DNA of 52,977 nt, taken from a virus. The stretch is from positions 1-52,977 of the IMG/VR virus record IMGVR_UViG_3300048917_000597. The stretch is one strand, 5' to 3'. The notes beneath the pieces are model-generated. The model was given only the letters and a program-made list of their open reading frames with translations. It was not told the DNA's origin and did no database searches. Below are positions 28,090-34,681 of the stretch, in pieces. Every line of letters begins with the position of its first letter. The stretch's first letter is position 1. A program made the position numbers and the translations under genes.

Positions 28090-28260
28090 GATAAGCAAAA
28101 AAGTTTCCGTCCAGTACGAATATATACATATAAAACAAACAACACATACTATACCCCCTATACATATATATGTATGGTATATAGGATCCATATTCGATAT
28201 GTAATAGGGATAACGTTGTGGAGTTTGTGTCAATCTGATTTTTGGATTGGTATGTGGATA
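28090..28260. promoter_or_regulatory. AT-rich island (candidate origin/DNA-unwinding element, early promoter cluster or genome-end region)
   Basis: There is an abrupt local drop in GC in an otherwise GC-rich genome (..gcaaaaaagtttccgtccagtacgaatatatacatataaaacaaacaacacatactata..). It contains the perfect palindrome ATACATATATATGTAT at 28160-28175 and lies between the divergent giant gene and the first plus-strand gene. Confidence 0.6.
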
Positions 28261-28304
28261 TCGGTCTAGCCGTAGCAGGCTTAGGACGTAAGGAGATGGT
28301 GGCC

Positions 28305-28547
28305 ATGGCCAACAGCTGGGTTGAGCAGCTCATGCTGCAGACGATCAGTGAGGATTCGGCGGAGACCAAGGTCGCGCTGAAGACTCTCGAGGATCGTCAC
28401 CTGGAGAAGCAGCAGGACTTGCGTGATCGCAAGGCACAGAGCATCGCTCTCTACGAGAAGATGCTCATGGAGGCTCAACGTCGTAAGGCGCGGCCGTCTG
28501 TGATCAACGCCTATGAGGCGTTGCTGGCACAGACGACGGCGGTCTGA
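28305..28547 (+). CDS. Small early protein, coiled-coil-like (80 aa)
   Basis: ATG 28305 lies 9 nt after AAGGAG. The track ORF starts at 28242, inside the AT-rich island. The protein is helical and charged (EDRHLEKQQDLRDRKAQSIALYEKMLMEAQRRKA). A canonical terminator follows. Confidence 0.6.
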   Translation: MANSWVEQLMLQTISEDSAETKVALKTLEDRHLEKQQDLRDRKAQSIALYEKMLMEAQRRKARPSVINAYEALLAQTTAV

Positions 28548-28553
28548 TTGCGG

Positions 28554-28598
28554 AGCTGTCATTAGTGCGTAAGCGCTAATGGCAGCTACTGCTTTTTT
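28554..28598 (+). terminator. Rho-independent terminator
   Basis: A roughly 15-bp stem (AGCTGTCATTAGTGC / GCGCTAATGGCAGCT with G-U pairs, GTAA-type loop) is followed by TTTTTT at 28593-28598, 7 nt after the stop at 28545-28547. Confidence 0.8.
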
Positions 28599-28794
28599 AC
28601 ATGCATGCATGCGGTGATGAGCAACAAAGAATAAAACAACCAGACACCTTCGCCTAGTCGCTCGACGCTTGCACCGCTGCTAAGCGGTGGCTAATCGTCA
28701 TAGGCCAAGGTGCGCATGCGTGCATGATTGTTTTAGCAGTAGCTGTCCATTGCGCTTGCGCAGTAGACAGCGAGCTGGCGCATAGCCTTATCTC

Positions 28795-28830
28795 GCTAGC
28801 GTCAGCTAGCGTTTTGCTAGCACAGCTAGC
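28795..28830. repeat. Phased array of four GCTAGC palindromes
   Basis: GCTAGC occurs at 28795, 28805, 28816 and 28825 (spacing 10, 11, 9 bp), in non-coding DNA. A fifth copy is at 29190. Confidence 0.7.
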
Positions 28831-28833
28831 ATT

Positions 28834-28886
28834 GTCCACTGGAACAGTGGACTACCGATGTGACAGTCGGTGACGAGCTGTCACAT
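28834..28886. promoter_or_regulatory. Two adjacent inverted repeats (8-bp stem/3-nt loop hairpin; 9-bp arms/11-nt spacer)
   Basis: GTCCACTG-gaa-CAGTGGAC at 28834-28852. ATGTGACAG(28858-28866)...CTGTCACAT(28878-28886). Confidence 0.6.
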
Positions 28887-28902
28887 ATGTGGGGTCAGCG
28901 CT

Positions 28903-29162
28903 GGTGTAGACACCTGCCAGGGTGTCTACACATAACCGCAGGTCAGCGCGCACTTAGGGGTGCTGTAGACATGTAGACACCCCTAAGTTTGAAACCTTTC
29001 TACCCAGCGAAGCGACAGATGAAGTAGGCACCCATGTGGGTGACTACACTTTTTTGCCCTGTCTACGTGTCTACATCCACCAGAACAGGCCTCTGACCTG
29101 GGCTTATGTGTAGACACGTGGGGGGTGACTACACCCTGTCTACATCAACGGGGGTGACTACC
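28903..29162. repeat. Motif array A: about 8 exact plus 3 variant copies of GTCTACA/TGTAGAC (extended GTGTCTACAC); paralogous to array B
   Basis: Contains GGTGTAGACACC-tgccag-GGTGTCTACAC (28903-28931), TGTAGACATGTAGACACCCC (28964-), TGTCTACGTGTCTACA (29060-29075), GGCCTCTGACCTG.G.TTATGTGTAGACACGTGGGGGGTGACTACAC (29088-29134), CTGTCTACA and GGGGGTGACTACC. It is collinear block by block with 51699-51927. Confidence 0.9.
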
Positions 29163-29276
29163 ATCTATGTGTGGCAAACCAGGCTGCTTGCTAGCAGGAG
29201 AAGCACGTCTGCTTCGGTCGTACGCTCACGACGTGGCTACGCTTAGCCACAAAGATTAGTGACTCTTTAGGGAATA

Positions 29277-29341
29277 GGGAGTGAGAGATTGGATTCCAAT
29301 GCATAAGCATTGGGAGTGAGAGAGATTAGGGAGTGAGTGTT
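29277..29341 (+). repeat. Three direct repeats of GGGAGTGAG(AGA)...TT (Shine-Dalgarno-like) flanking a 7-bp hairpin
   Basis: GGGAGTGAGAGATT at 29277-29290, GGGAGTGAGAGAGATT at 29312-29327, GGGAGTGAGTGTT at 29329-29341 (the last serves as the RBS for ATG 29342). Hairpin CCAATGC-ataa-GCATTGG at 29296-29313. Confidence 0.75.
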
Positions 29342-29776
29342 ATGACGCTAGTACTCACGAGTGTTGCGGTCGTTGTGATCGCAGCGTTCTTCATCGTCAC
29401 GCTGGTTCAGCGTGCGACGATCAAGCGGCAGGAGCGTGAGCTCATGTGCGAGCGCAGCCTGATCGACAACTGTGGCATCGCCTTGCAACAGGCCAGCCAC
29501 ACGATCGACGTGATGGTCGAGGACCACCACATGCTGATCAACCAGCGGCGCCGGCTCAGTGCGGACAACCTCGCGTTGACCGCGCAGAACAGGAACCTCG
29601 AGCGTTCCGTCGTGCTGCTGAGCAACGAGCTCGACAACATCAACGTGGACTACGCGAAGCAGGTCCTCGCTGCCACCTTGCTCGAGACGCAGCAGCCGCT
29701 GCTGCCGAGACATCGTGACGGCGAGACGCAGCAGCAGCAGCCGCTGCTGCCTCGCACGCCTTGGGACGGCGAGTGA
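29342..29776 (+). CDS. Early membrane-anchored coiled-coil protein (144 aa)
   Basis: ATG 29342 lies 8 nt after GGGAG. It has an N-terminal TM helix (TLVLTSVAVVVIAAFFIVTLV) followed by a helical region, and a duplicated QQPLLPR segment near the C-terminus. Confidence 0.7.
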   Translation: MTLVLTSVAVVVIAAFFIVTLVQRATIKRQERELMCERSLIDNCGIALQQASHTIDVMVEDHHMLINQRRRLSADNLALTAQNRNLERSVVLLSNELDNINVDYAKQVLAATLLETQQPLLPRHRDGETQQQQPLLPRTPWDGE

Positions 29777-30123
29777 TGTACGACTGGCTCGTGGCGTTGG
29801 CCATGCTCTGCTTCGTGTGGGCGCTGTGCGCCACCTGGGTTGCGATTGGCAACGCGCGTGAGCTGCGTTCACTCGAGGACGACTGGGCCAAGTACGTCAC
29901 GTTGGTCGCCGAGTTCTTCGGGCCCGACGAGGCCGCTGCGCTGGCGTTCGATCAGCACGTCTACGACGCGCTGCACCATGTGCAGCCGAAGCGGGCGCCG
30001 GACTACTCGATCAAGCTCGAGGATGCGCCGGCTCTGGCGCAGATCCTCCAGCTTGCGCTGGACAGTGACGGACCTGTGTCCGGCACGGTCGATGCGGACG
30101 GCAACGTCCACGTCGACAAGTAA
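29776..30123 (+). CDS. Early small membrane protein (115 aa)
   Basis: TGATG junction with the upstream gene. The hydrophobic N-terminus is MYDWLVALAMLCFVWALCATWVAIG. Confidence 0.65.
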   Translation: MYDWLVALAMLCFVWALCATWVAIGNARELRSLEDDWAKYVTLVAEFFGPDEAAALAFDQHVYDALHHVQPKRAPDYSIKLEDAPALAQILQLALDSDGPVSGTVDADGNVHVDK

Positions 30124-30160
30124 CGAGCGGACCAGCCGCTCACCTACATGGAGGTTTTCC

Positions 30161-30346
30161 ATGACGCATGACCAGCAGGCCCTGATGGCGCAGCTCCGCA
30201 CTTCTCACGACGCCTGGGCGTTGTACAAGAAGTTGCAGCTGCTCCATGGCACAGGGCATGTGGGGCAGGAGACCGTTGACGAGGCGCGCGACTTCGCGCG
30301 TCAGGTCAAGGTCGACCTGCTCAAGATGCTCGGGCTTCCAGGCTGA
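30161..30346 (+). CDS. Hypothetical small protein (61 aa)
   Basis: ATG 30161 lies 6 nt after GGAGG. The longer track ORF (29840..) overlaps the previous gene in another frame. Confidence 0.6.
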   Translation: MTHDQQALMAQLRTSHDAWALYKKLQLLHGTGHVGQETVDEARDFARQVKVDLLKMLGLPG

Positions 30347-30433
30347 GCGTCACCCGTGCTGCCGGAGAGACAACCGGCATGTGCGCTGCCGTCGACCACC
30401 ACTGGGGGGTGTGGTCGGCGGCGGCGCACTCTT

Positions 30434-30459
30434 CACTGCCAGCCTCGGGGCTGGCAGTG
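30434..30459 (+). terminator. GC-rich intergenic hairpin (no U-tract)
   Basis: CACTGCCAGC-ctcggg-GCTGGCAGTG, a 10-bp perfect stem in the 30347-30492 gap. Confidence 0.4.
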
Positions 30460-30492
30460 TGACCACCCACCAACAACCTGAAGGGTTGCAAC

Positions 30493-30801
30493 ATGAAGGA
30501 CACCACGAAGACGGTGACGCCCACGGGCAAGCTCGAGAAGCCCGAGAAGAAGACGCGCACCGTGCTCACGCCCGCGCAGCGGGTGGCCAAGATCGAGGCG
30601 GACCTGGCGGCAGCCAGGGCCAAGCTCGAGAGCAAGGACCGCTCGGCTCACGCCGACCTGCTCGGCAAGCGTGCCAAGCTGGTCGAGCGGCAGACCAAGA
30701 TCAACGGTGAGCTCTCGGCCATCAACGCCGAGATCGCCGCGATCGAGGAGCGTGTCGAGGACCTGTCCTCGACCGAGCCGTCGGCTCCGACCGACAGCTG
30801 A
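30493..30801 (+). CDS. Hypothetical Lys/Ala-rich coiled-coil protein (102 aa)
   Basis: It is the only long ORF in this interval with a realistic helical sequence (AQRVAKIEADLAAARAKLESKD...INAEIAAIEERVEDL). The RBS is weak (GAAGGG). Confidence 0.6.
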   Translation: MKDTTKTVTPTGKLEKPEKKTRTVLTPAQRVAKIEADLAAARAKLESKDRSAHADLLGKRAKLVERQTKINGELSAINAEIAAIEERVEDLSSTEPSAPTDS

Positions 30802-31598
30802 TGAACAGCGCGGCGACGCGCTGGACCATCGACGAGATCCGCAAGCAGCTGCGTGGGGAGCCGGTCTTCTTGGCCGGCTCCCTCGTGGCCGCGGATGTGC
30901 ACGGCCTCGCCGGTGCTTTCAGCGACGTTGACCTGTTCTGTCCGACAGGCAACGTGCTCATCTCCACAGGACAGAAGCTGCTCGGCCTGGGCTACAAGTT
31001 CGACGATCGCTTCGATCGTGTGTGGCACAGGTGGTTGCGCTACGGCTTCAAGACGTGGCACACCAACAGCCTGCGACTGACGTCGCCTGCTGGCATCGAG
31101 ACCAACCTGGTCTACAAGCTGACCGACGGGCACGCGACCACCTCGCTTGCGCAGGTGATCGAGTCGTTCGACTTCGGTCTGCTCGGAGCAGGCTGGGACC
31201 TGGAGTCCGACACGTTCCGTGACATGCGGCCGTACCTGTTCCCACAGTGGACAGGGTTGGACCCGATGGCTGCGTTGCCCATGATGCCGAACAAGGCGGA
31301 CAGCTGGGCGGGGGGATTCATCAGCCAGTACAACGGTCTCCGTGAGATCGGGCGCTACGCCAAGTACGTCGGCTACGGGTACGACATGTCGCTGGTGAAG
31401 AACCAGCTGGTGCAGGGCTACCGGATGGCGGACCTGTACCTGTCGAACCACTTCGACACCGAGAAGCAGCAGCTCGGCCAGATCTACTCGGCCATCGCTG
31501 CGCACATGGAGCTCGACCACGTCGATGAGCTGCGCCTTGCGGCGAAGACCATCGACTACAAGGACGGGCTCGACGTGATCATGGAGGCTCTCGAATGA
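30801..31598 (+). CDS. Pol-beta-superfamily nucleotidyltransferase (predicted)
   Basis: TGATG junction. The N-terminal VFLAGSLVAADVHGLAGAFSDVDLFCP fits the hG[GS]-x(9-13)-DhDh minimal NTase signature. A candidate third acidic residue lies in GIETNLVY or ESFDFGLL. Confidence 0.55.
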   Translation: MNSAATRWTIDEIRKQLRGEPVFLAGSLVAADVHGLAGAFSDVDLFCPTGNVLISTGQKLLGLGYKFDDRFDRVWHRWLRYGFKTWHTNSLRLTSPAGIETNLVYKLTDGHATTSLAQVIESFDFGLLGAGWDLESDTFRDMRPYLFPQWTGLDPMAALPMMPNKADSWAGGFISQYNGLREIGRYAKYVGYGYDMSLVKNQLVQGYRMADLYLSNHFDTEKQQLGQIYSAIAAHMELDHVDELRLAAKTIDYKDGLDVIMEALE

Positions 31599-31762
31599 AG
31601 CTGCTGCTGATCATCGAGGTGGACGACAACGTCGTCTACCCGCAGGAGGACGACCAGGTCGCAGTGGTCGTGTCTCCCGACTTCGTCGGGGACTGCGCGG
31701 CCGCAGGCGACACGGTCTTCATGGGCGAGGTCCTGCTCGGGACGGAGGTCGAGCCAACGTGA
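31595..31762 (+). CDS. Mini-protein (55 aa), paralogue of the next gene
   Basis: ATGA overlap with the NTase stop. It is below the ORF-track length cut-off. The sequence is MKLLLIIEVDDNVVYPQEDDQVAVVVSPDF... Confidence 0.5.
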   Translation: MKLLLIIEVDDNVVYPQEDDQVAVVVSPDFVGDCAAAGDTVFMGEVLLGTEVEPT

Positions 31763-31941
31763 GACTCCTGCTCAGCGTCGAGGTGACGCCCAACAACGGT
31801 GACGAGGACGCAGTCCTTCAGGAGCTGGTGCTCGCGAAGGGTGGCTTCGTCACCCTGATCATGAGCCACGGGATCCAGTGTGATCTCGAGGTGCATGACG
31901 TCGAGCGGGTTGGCCTGCCAACCCAGGAAGACGGTGAGTGA
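31759..31941 (+). CDS. Mini-protein (60 aa), paralogue of the previous gene
   Basis: GTGA overlap. The N-terminus (V/M)RLLLSVEVTPNNGDEDAVLQELVLAKG parallels MKLLLIIEVDDNVVYPQEDD. Confidence 0.5.
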   Translation: MRLLLSVEVTPNNGDEDAVLQELVLAKGGFVTLIMSHGIQCDLEVHDVERVGLPTQEDGE

Positions 31942-32135
31942 TGCAGTGTCCTGACTGCAAGGGCCGCGTCGTCGGCACGAACTGCTCCGCTTGCGGGGCA
32001 GTTGTGTCGGTGGCCGACGATACGCTGGACTCCATGGTCCAGGCGGGATCGGTCCCGAACTTGGCGGCTCTGTTCGCCAAGGCCAAGAAGAGCGGCGCTC
32101 TGGGCGCCGTGTCCGTGTACGGCGAGGGCGCGTAG
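31941..32135 (+). CDS. Zinc-ribbon mini-protein (64 aa)
   Basis: TGATG junction. The N-terminus MQCPDCKGRVVGTNCSACG carries CxxC-x9-CxxC. Confidence 0.55.
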   Translation: MQCPDCKGRVVGTNCSACGAVVSVADDTLDSMVQAGSVPNLAALFAKAKKSGALGAVSVYGEGA

Positions 32136-32180
32136 CCCTCGTACCACCATGCAACACCGAGGTTCTAGGAAGGAACCAAC

Positions 32181-32594
32181 ATGTCGTTCACCACTCAGAA
32201 GCTGGTCGGCCACCGTGTGCTCGTCACCGGGGCGGACATCCTCGGCAACGAGGGCAGCATGGTCCTCGACTCCACGCAGTGGGACGAGGTCAACGACCGC
32301 AAGGAGTTCAGCCAGGCGGAGGCTGACTTCGACGCCGCGGTCGAGGCGTTCTTCGCTCCGCTGAACGAGGCGGCCGACGCCGTCAAGGCAAAGCTGGAGA
32401 AGCCCGAGGACCCGACGTCCTACGTCGTGCTGTCCGAGGGCACCGAGGGCGTCAAGCCCGAGCCGGCCGTGCTCGTGCGGCTCAGCCCCGACAGCGTGGT
32501 GCTCCGCATCATCGAGTCGGGCAACACCGATCGCCTGGTGTGGGTGCTCGACCGTCTCGAGGTCCTCGAGACCGTCGCCGTCCAGGCGCCGTAG
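32181..32594 (+). CDS. Hypothetical acidic protein (137 aa)
   Basis: ATG 32181 with AGGAAGGAA upstream. A 12-bp hairpin follows. Confidence 0.65.
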   Translation: MSFTTQKLVGHRVLVTGADILGNEGSMVLDSTQWDEVNDRKEFSQAEADFDAAVEAFFAPLNEAADAVKAKLEKPEDPTSYVVLSEGTEGVKPEPAVLVRLSPDSVVLRIIESGNTDRLVWVLDRLEVLETVAVQAP

Positions 32595-32618
32595 CCGCCG
32601 CTGCGGTACAGCACCAGC

Positions 32619-32650
32619 GAGGGCGCCGGCCCACAACAGCCGGCGCCCTC
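32619..32650 (+). terminator. GC-rich intergenic hairpin (no U-tract)
   Basis: GAGGGCGCCGGC-ccacaaca-GCCGGCGCCCTC, a 12-bp perfect stem. Confidence 0.45.
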
Positions 32651-32685
32651 GTATCAGGCACTTCACACGAGACGAGGGTACATCC

Positions 32686-33648
32686 ATGCTCGAGCTGATT
32701 CTCAAGCTCTACACCATGGCAATGGTGGGTGACGTGAGGTCACCGATGCCGCACCTGTTCGGTCCGCCGGGGTGTGGCAAGTCCAGCGTGGTGCAGGAGG
32801 CTGCCGATCTGATCGGCTGCAAACTGCACATCATCAACGTGAGTCGGCTGTCACCACTCGAGCTCGAGGGTGTGCAGATGCCGACCACCAACGAGGACGT
32901 GCAGAAGCTACAGCTGCTGCTCGCTACGTTCTGGTCCAGCTTGGAAGATGGTGACATCGTCCTGCTGGATGAGTTCCTCCGTGGTTTCCCGGAGGTGTAC
33001 AACGGGCTGCTCGACATCCTCACCAGCCGTCAGGTTGGTGGGTTCGTGCTGCCCAAGGTCTTCATCATCGGTGCGTCCAACAGCACCGTGTCGTACGACA
33101 AGGCGCTCGAGGATCGGCTGCTGCATCTGCCGGTCCCGGACCCGCGCGTGAAGAAGCGCGTGAAGAAGGACTTGGCCAAGCGCATCGTCGATGCACTGGG
33201 CCTGCTGCCGGAGATGGTGGACAGCTACGAGATGACGAGCTTGCTCGACACCGAGGTGCTGCCCATGTACGAGATCCTCGACAGCTTGAAGAACAAGGCC
33301 AGCTCGCCGGCCATGCTCAAGGGCACCAGCCTGCGCAACCTGATCGGGCAGGCGCAGCTCCGCGAGGTGCAGGTTCCTGCACTCGCAGAGGTGCTGCAGA
33401 TGAACAACCAGAAGGCGATCACTGCAGCCAAGTGGCAGTACGTCTTCCTCACCACGGGTAAGAACGCTGACCCGAGGTACACCAAGGTGGCAGAGTCGCT
33501 CGTTGGTAACGAGAAGCTCACGCCAGTGCAGGCTCAGAACCTGAGCCTCAACCTTCAGCTCATCGAGATGGAGGCTATCCGCCATGCACGGGAAGGGAAT
33601 GAAGATGACGCAGTCAGCGACATCGTCGACGACGATGTCTTCAGCTGA
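32686..33648 (+). CDS. AAA+ ATPase, MoxR-like
   Basis: Walker A LFGPPGCGKSSV, Walker B DIVLLDEFLRG, followed by ..IIGASN.. (sensor-1-like). 320 aa, immediately followed by a vWA gene. Confidence 0.8.
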   Translation: MLELILKLYTMAMVGDVRSPMPHLFGPPGCGKSSVVQEAADLIGCKLHIINVSRLSPLELEGVQMPTTNEDVQKLQLLLATFWSSLEDGDIVLLDEFLRGFPEVYNGLLDILTSRQVGGFVLPKVFIIGASNSTVSYDKALEDRLLHLPVPDPRVKKRVKKDLAKRIVDALGLLPEMVDSYEMTSLLDTEVLPMYEILDSLKNKASSPAMLKGTSLRNLIGQAQLREVQVPALAEVLQMNNQKAITAAKWQYVFLTTGKNADPRYTKVAESLVGNEKLTPVQAQNLSLNLQLIEMEAIRHAREGNEDDAVSDIVDDDVFS

Positions 33649-34582
33649 GCTGAGCCGGTCGCTCGATCTCCTCGAGATCAAGCCCGGCAAGAAGTTCAGC
33701 GTGCAGGTTCTCAAGGACCTGCTGCCGGACGTCGAGACGGTGCTGTTCTTCGGCAAGGTCTACGAGCTGGACCACGTCCAGCTCAGCAACCTGTTGGCCA
33801 AGGTGGTCAACTCGCCGCTGACCAACGCGCTGTTCGGTGGGTCGCACAGCGAGGACCTGCAGGACTACCTGCTCGACATCGCCTACGACGCTGGCGTTCT
33901 CAACGCCGAGCCGTTGGCGTTCGACGCTGGCGTCGAGCCGCACGGCGAGATCCTCCCGCAGATGTGGGAGCAGCTCGAGGTCGAGGTCGCGACCAGCATC
34001 AAGGCTGTGGCCGAGAAGCTGGACAACGTGATCGGCATGCTGCCCGGGAAGCAGGGCAACATGGTGTTCAAGTCGATGATGCAGATGAACGCCAAGCGCC
34101 CGACCATGGGCGTGCACAAGGCGGCCATCGAGCACGCACCGCAGAAGCGGAACCTCGTGGTCCTCGACGTGTCGGGGTCCATGACCGCGAACACGGTGCG
34201 CGCGATCATCGAGGACGTGGTGGCCATGAGCTACAAGGCCGACGCTGCGTTCGCGTGTGTCAGCAACAACACGCACTACTGGGAGCCGGGCTCGTACTCG
34301 GTCGACGACATCCTGGCGAAGAGCCAGTTCGGCGGCACGCACTACGAGACGCTCGAGCCCCTGTTCGACAGGGACTGGGGCACGGTGATCACCGTCGCGG
34401 ACTACGACTCGTCGCTGTCCGCGAAGCAGCACCTGGCACGGACGTGTGTCGGCAAGATCGACACGCTGCTGGACATCAGCCTGGTCAACCAGACGACGTT
34501 CCTGGCCGAGTGCCTCGGTCAGTTCGCGTCGGAGGTGCGGCCGCTGTTGATCGGCAACAGCTCAGCGGTTCTGAACCGCTGA
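33584..34582 (+). CDS. von Willebrand factor A (vWA) domain protein
   Basis: MIDAS-type motif NLVVLDVSGSMT, then ..FACVSNNTH.. and ..GGTHYE.. The start is uncertain (ATG 33584 lies 9 nt after GGAGG; alternatives 33599, 33605, 33635). The gene overlaps the end of the ATPase gene. Confidence 0.75.
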   Translation: MHGKGMKMTQSATSSTTMSSAELSRSLDLLEIKPGKKFSVQVLKDLLPDVETVLFFGKVYELDHVQLSNLLAKVVNSPLTNALFGGSHSEDLQDYLLDIAYDAGVLNAEPLAFDAGVEPHGEILPQMWEQLEVEVATSIKAVAEKLDNVIGMLPGKQGNMVFKSMMQMNAKRPTMGVHKAAIEHAPQKRNLVVLDVSGSMTANTVRAIIEDVVAMSYKADAAFACVSNNTHYWEPGSYSVDDILAKSQFGGTHYETLEPLFDRDWGTVITVADYDSSLSAKQHLARTCVGKIDTLLDISLVNQTTFLAECLGQFASEVRPLLIGNSSAVLNR

Positions 34583-34592
34583 TCGGGGGAGT

Positions 34593-34626
34593 GCTCGGCT
34601 GCTGGTTGCAAGACCAGCAGCCGAGC
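34593..34626 (+). terminator. GC-rich hairpin (14-bp stem), preceded by a second hairpin at 34563-34581
   Basis: GCTCGGCTGCTGGT-tgcaag-ACCAGCAGCCGAGC. Upstream is CAGCGGTT-ctg-AACCGCTG, which spans the vWA stop codon. There is no U-tract. Confidence 0.5.
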
Positions 34627-34681
34627 TCCAGCCCCCGAGCTGAAGGTAGCGCCTCAGCATGAGACTTGCCTGGGTTTCAGA

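Noticed and set aside
27952-28369. Short ORFs inside the AT-rich island (27952..28233, 27962..28204, 27994..28269, 28052..28369)
   Set aside because: They have no ribosome-binding sites, they overlap each other in several frames, and their composition is implausible (Tyr/Ile/Cys/Phe runs produced by AT-rich DNA). The region is treated as regulatory.
28903-29162. CRISPR-like interpretation of the repeated GTGTCTACA units
   Set aside because: The units are only 9-11 bp, occur in both orientations, often abut or overlap each other, and have irregular spacers of 0-60 bp. There are no cas genes. This is not a CRISPR array.
28548-29332. Possible tRNA or other structured RNA gene in the long non-coding stretch
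   Set aside because: I found no cloverleaf arrangement and no GTTCGAATC-type T-loop. The hairpins present are better explained as a terminator and DNA-level repeats. A small ncRNA cannot be excluded without expression data.
30379-30462. 27-aa ORF (MCAAVDHHWGVWSAAAHSSLPASGLAV) in the 30347-30492 gap
   Set aside because: It spans the 10-bp hairpin, has no distinctive features, and its length is at noise level. It was not annotated.
32908-34432. Minus-strand ORFs antisense to the AAA/vWA genes (32908..33756, 33641..34432), and 36253..38364 antisense to the DNA polymerase
   Set aside because: These are shadow ORFs opposite genes with unambiguous catalytic motifs. Their composition is Arg/His/Leu/Val-rich and they have no start signals.
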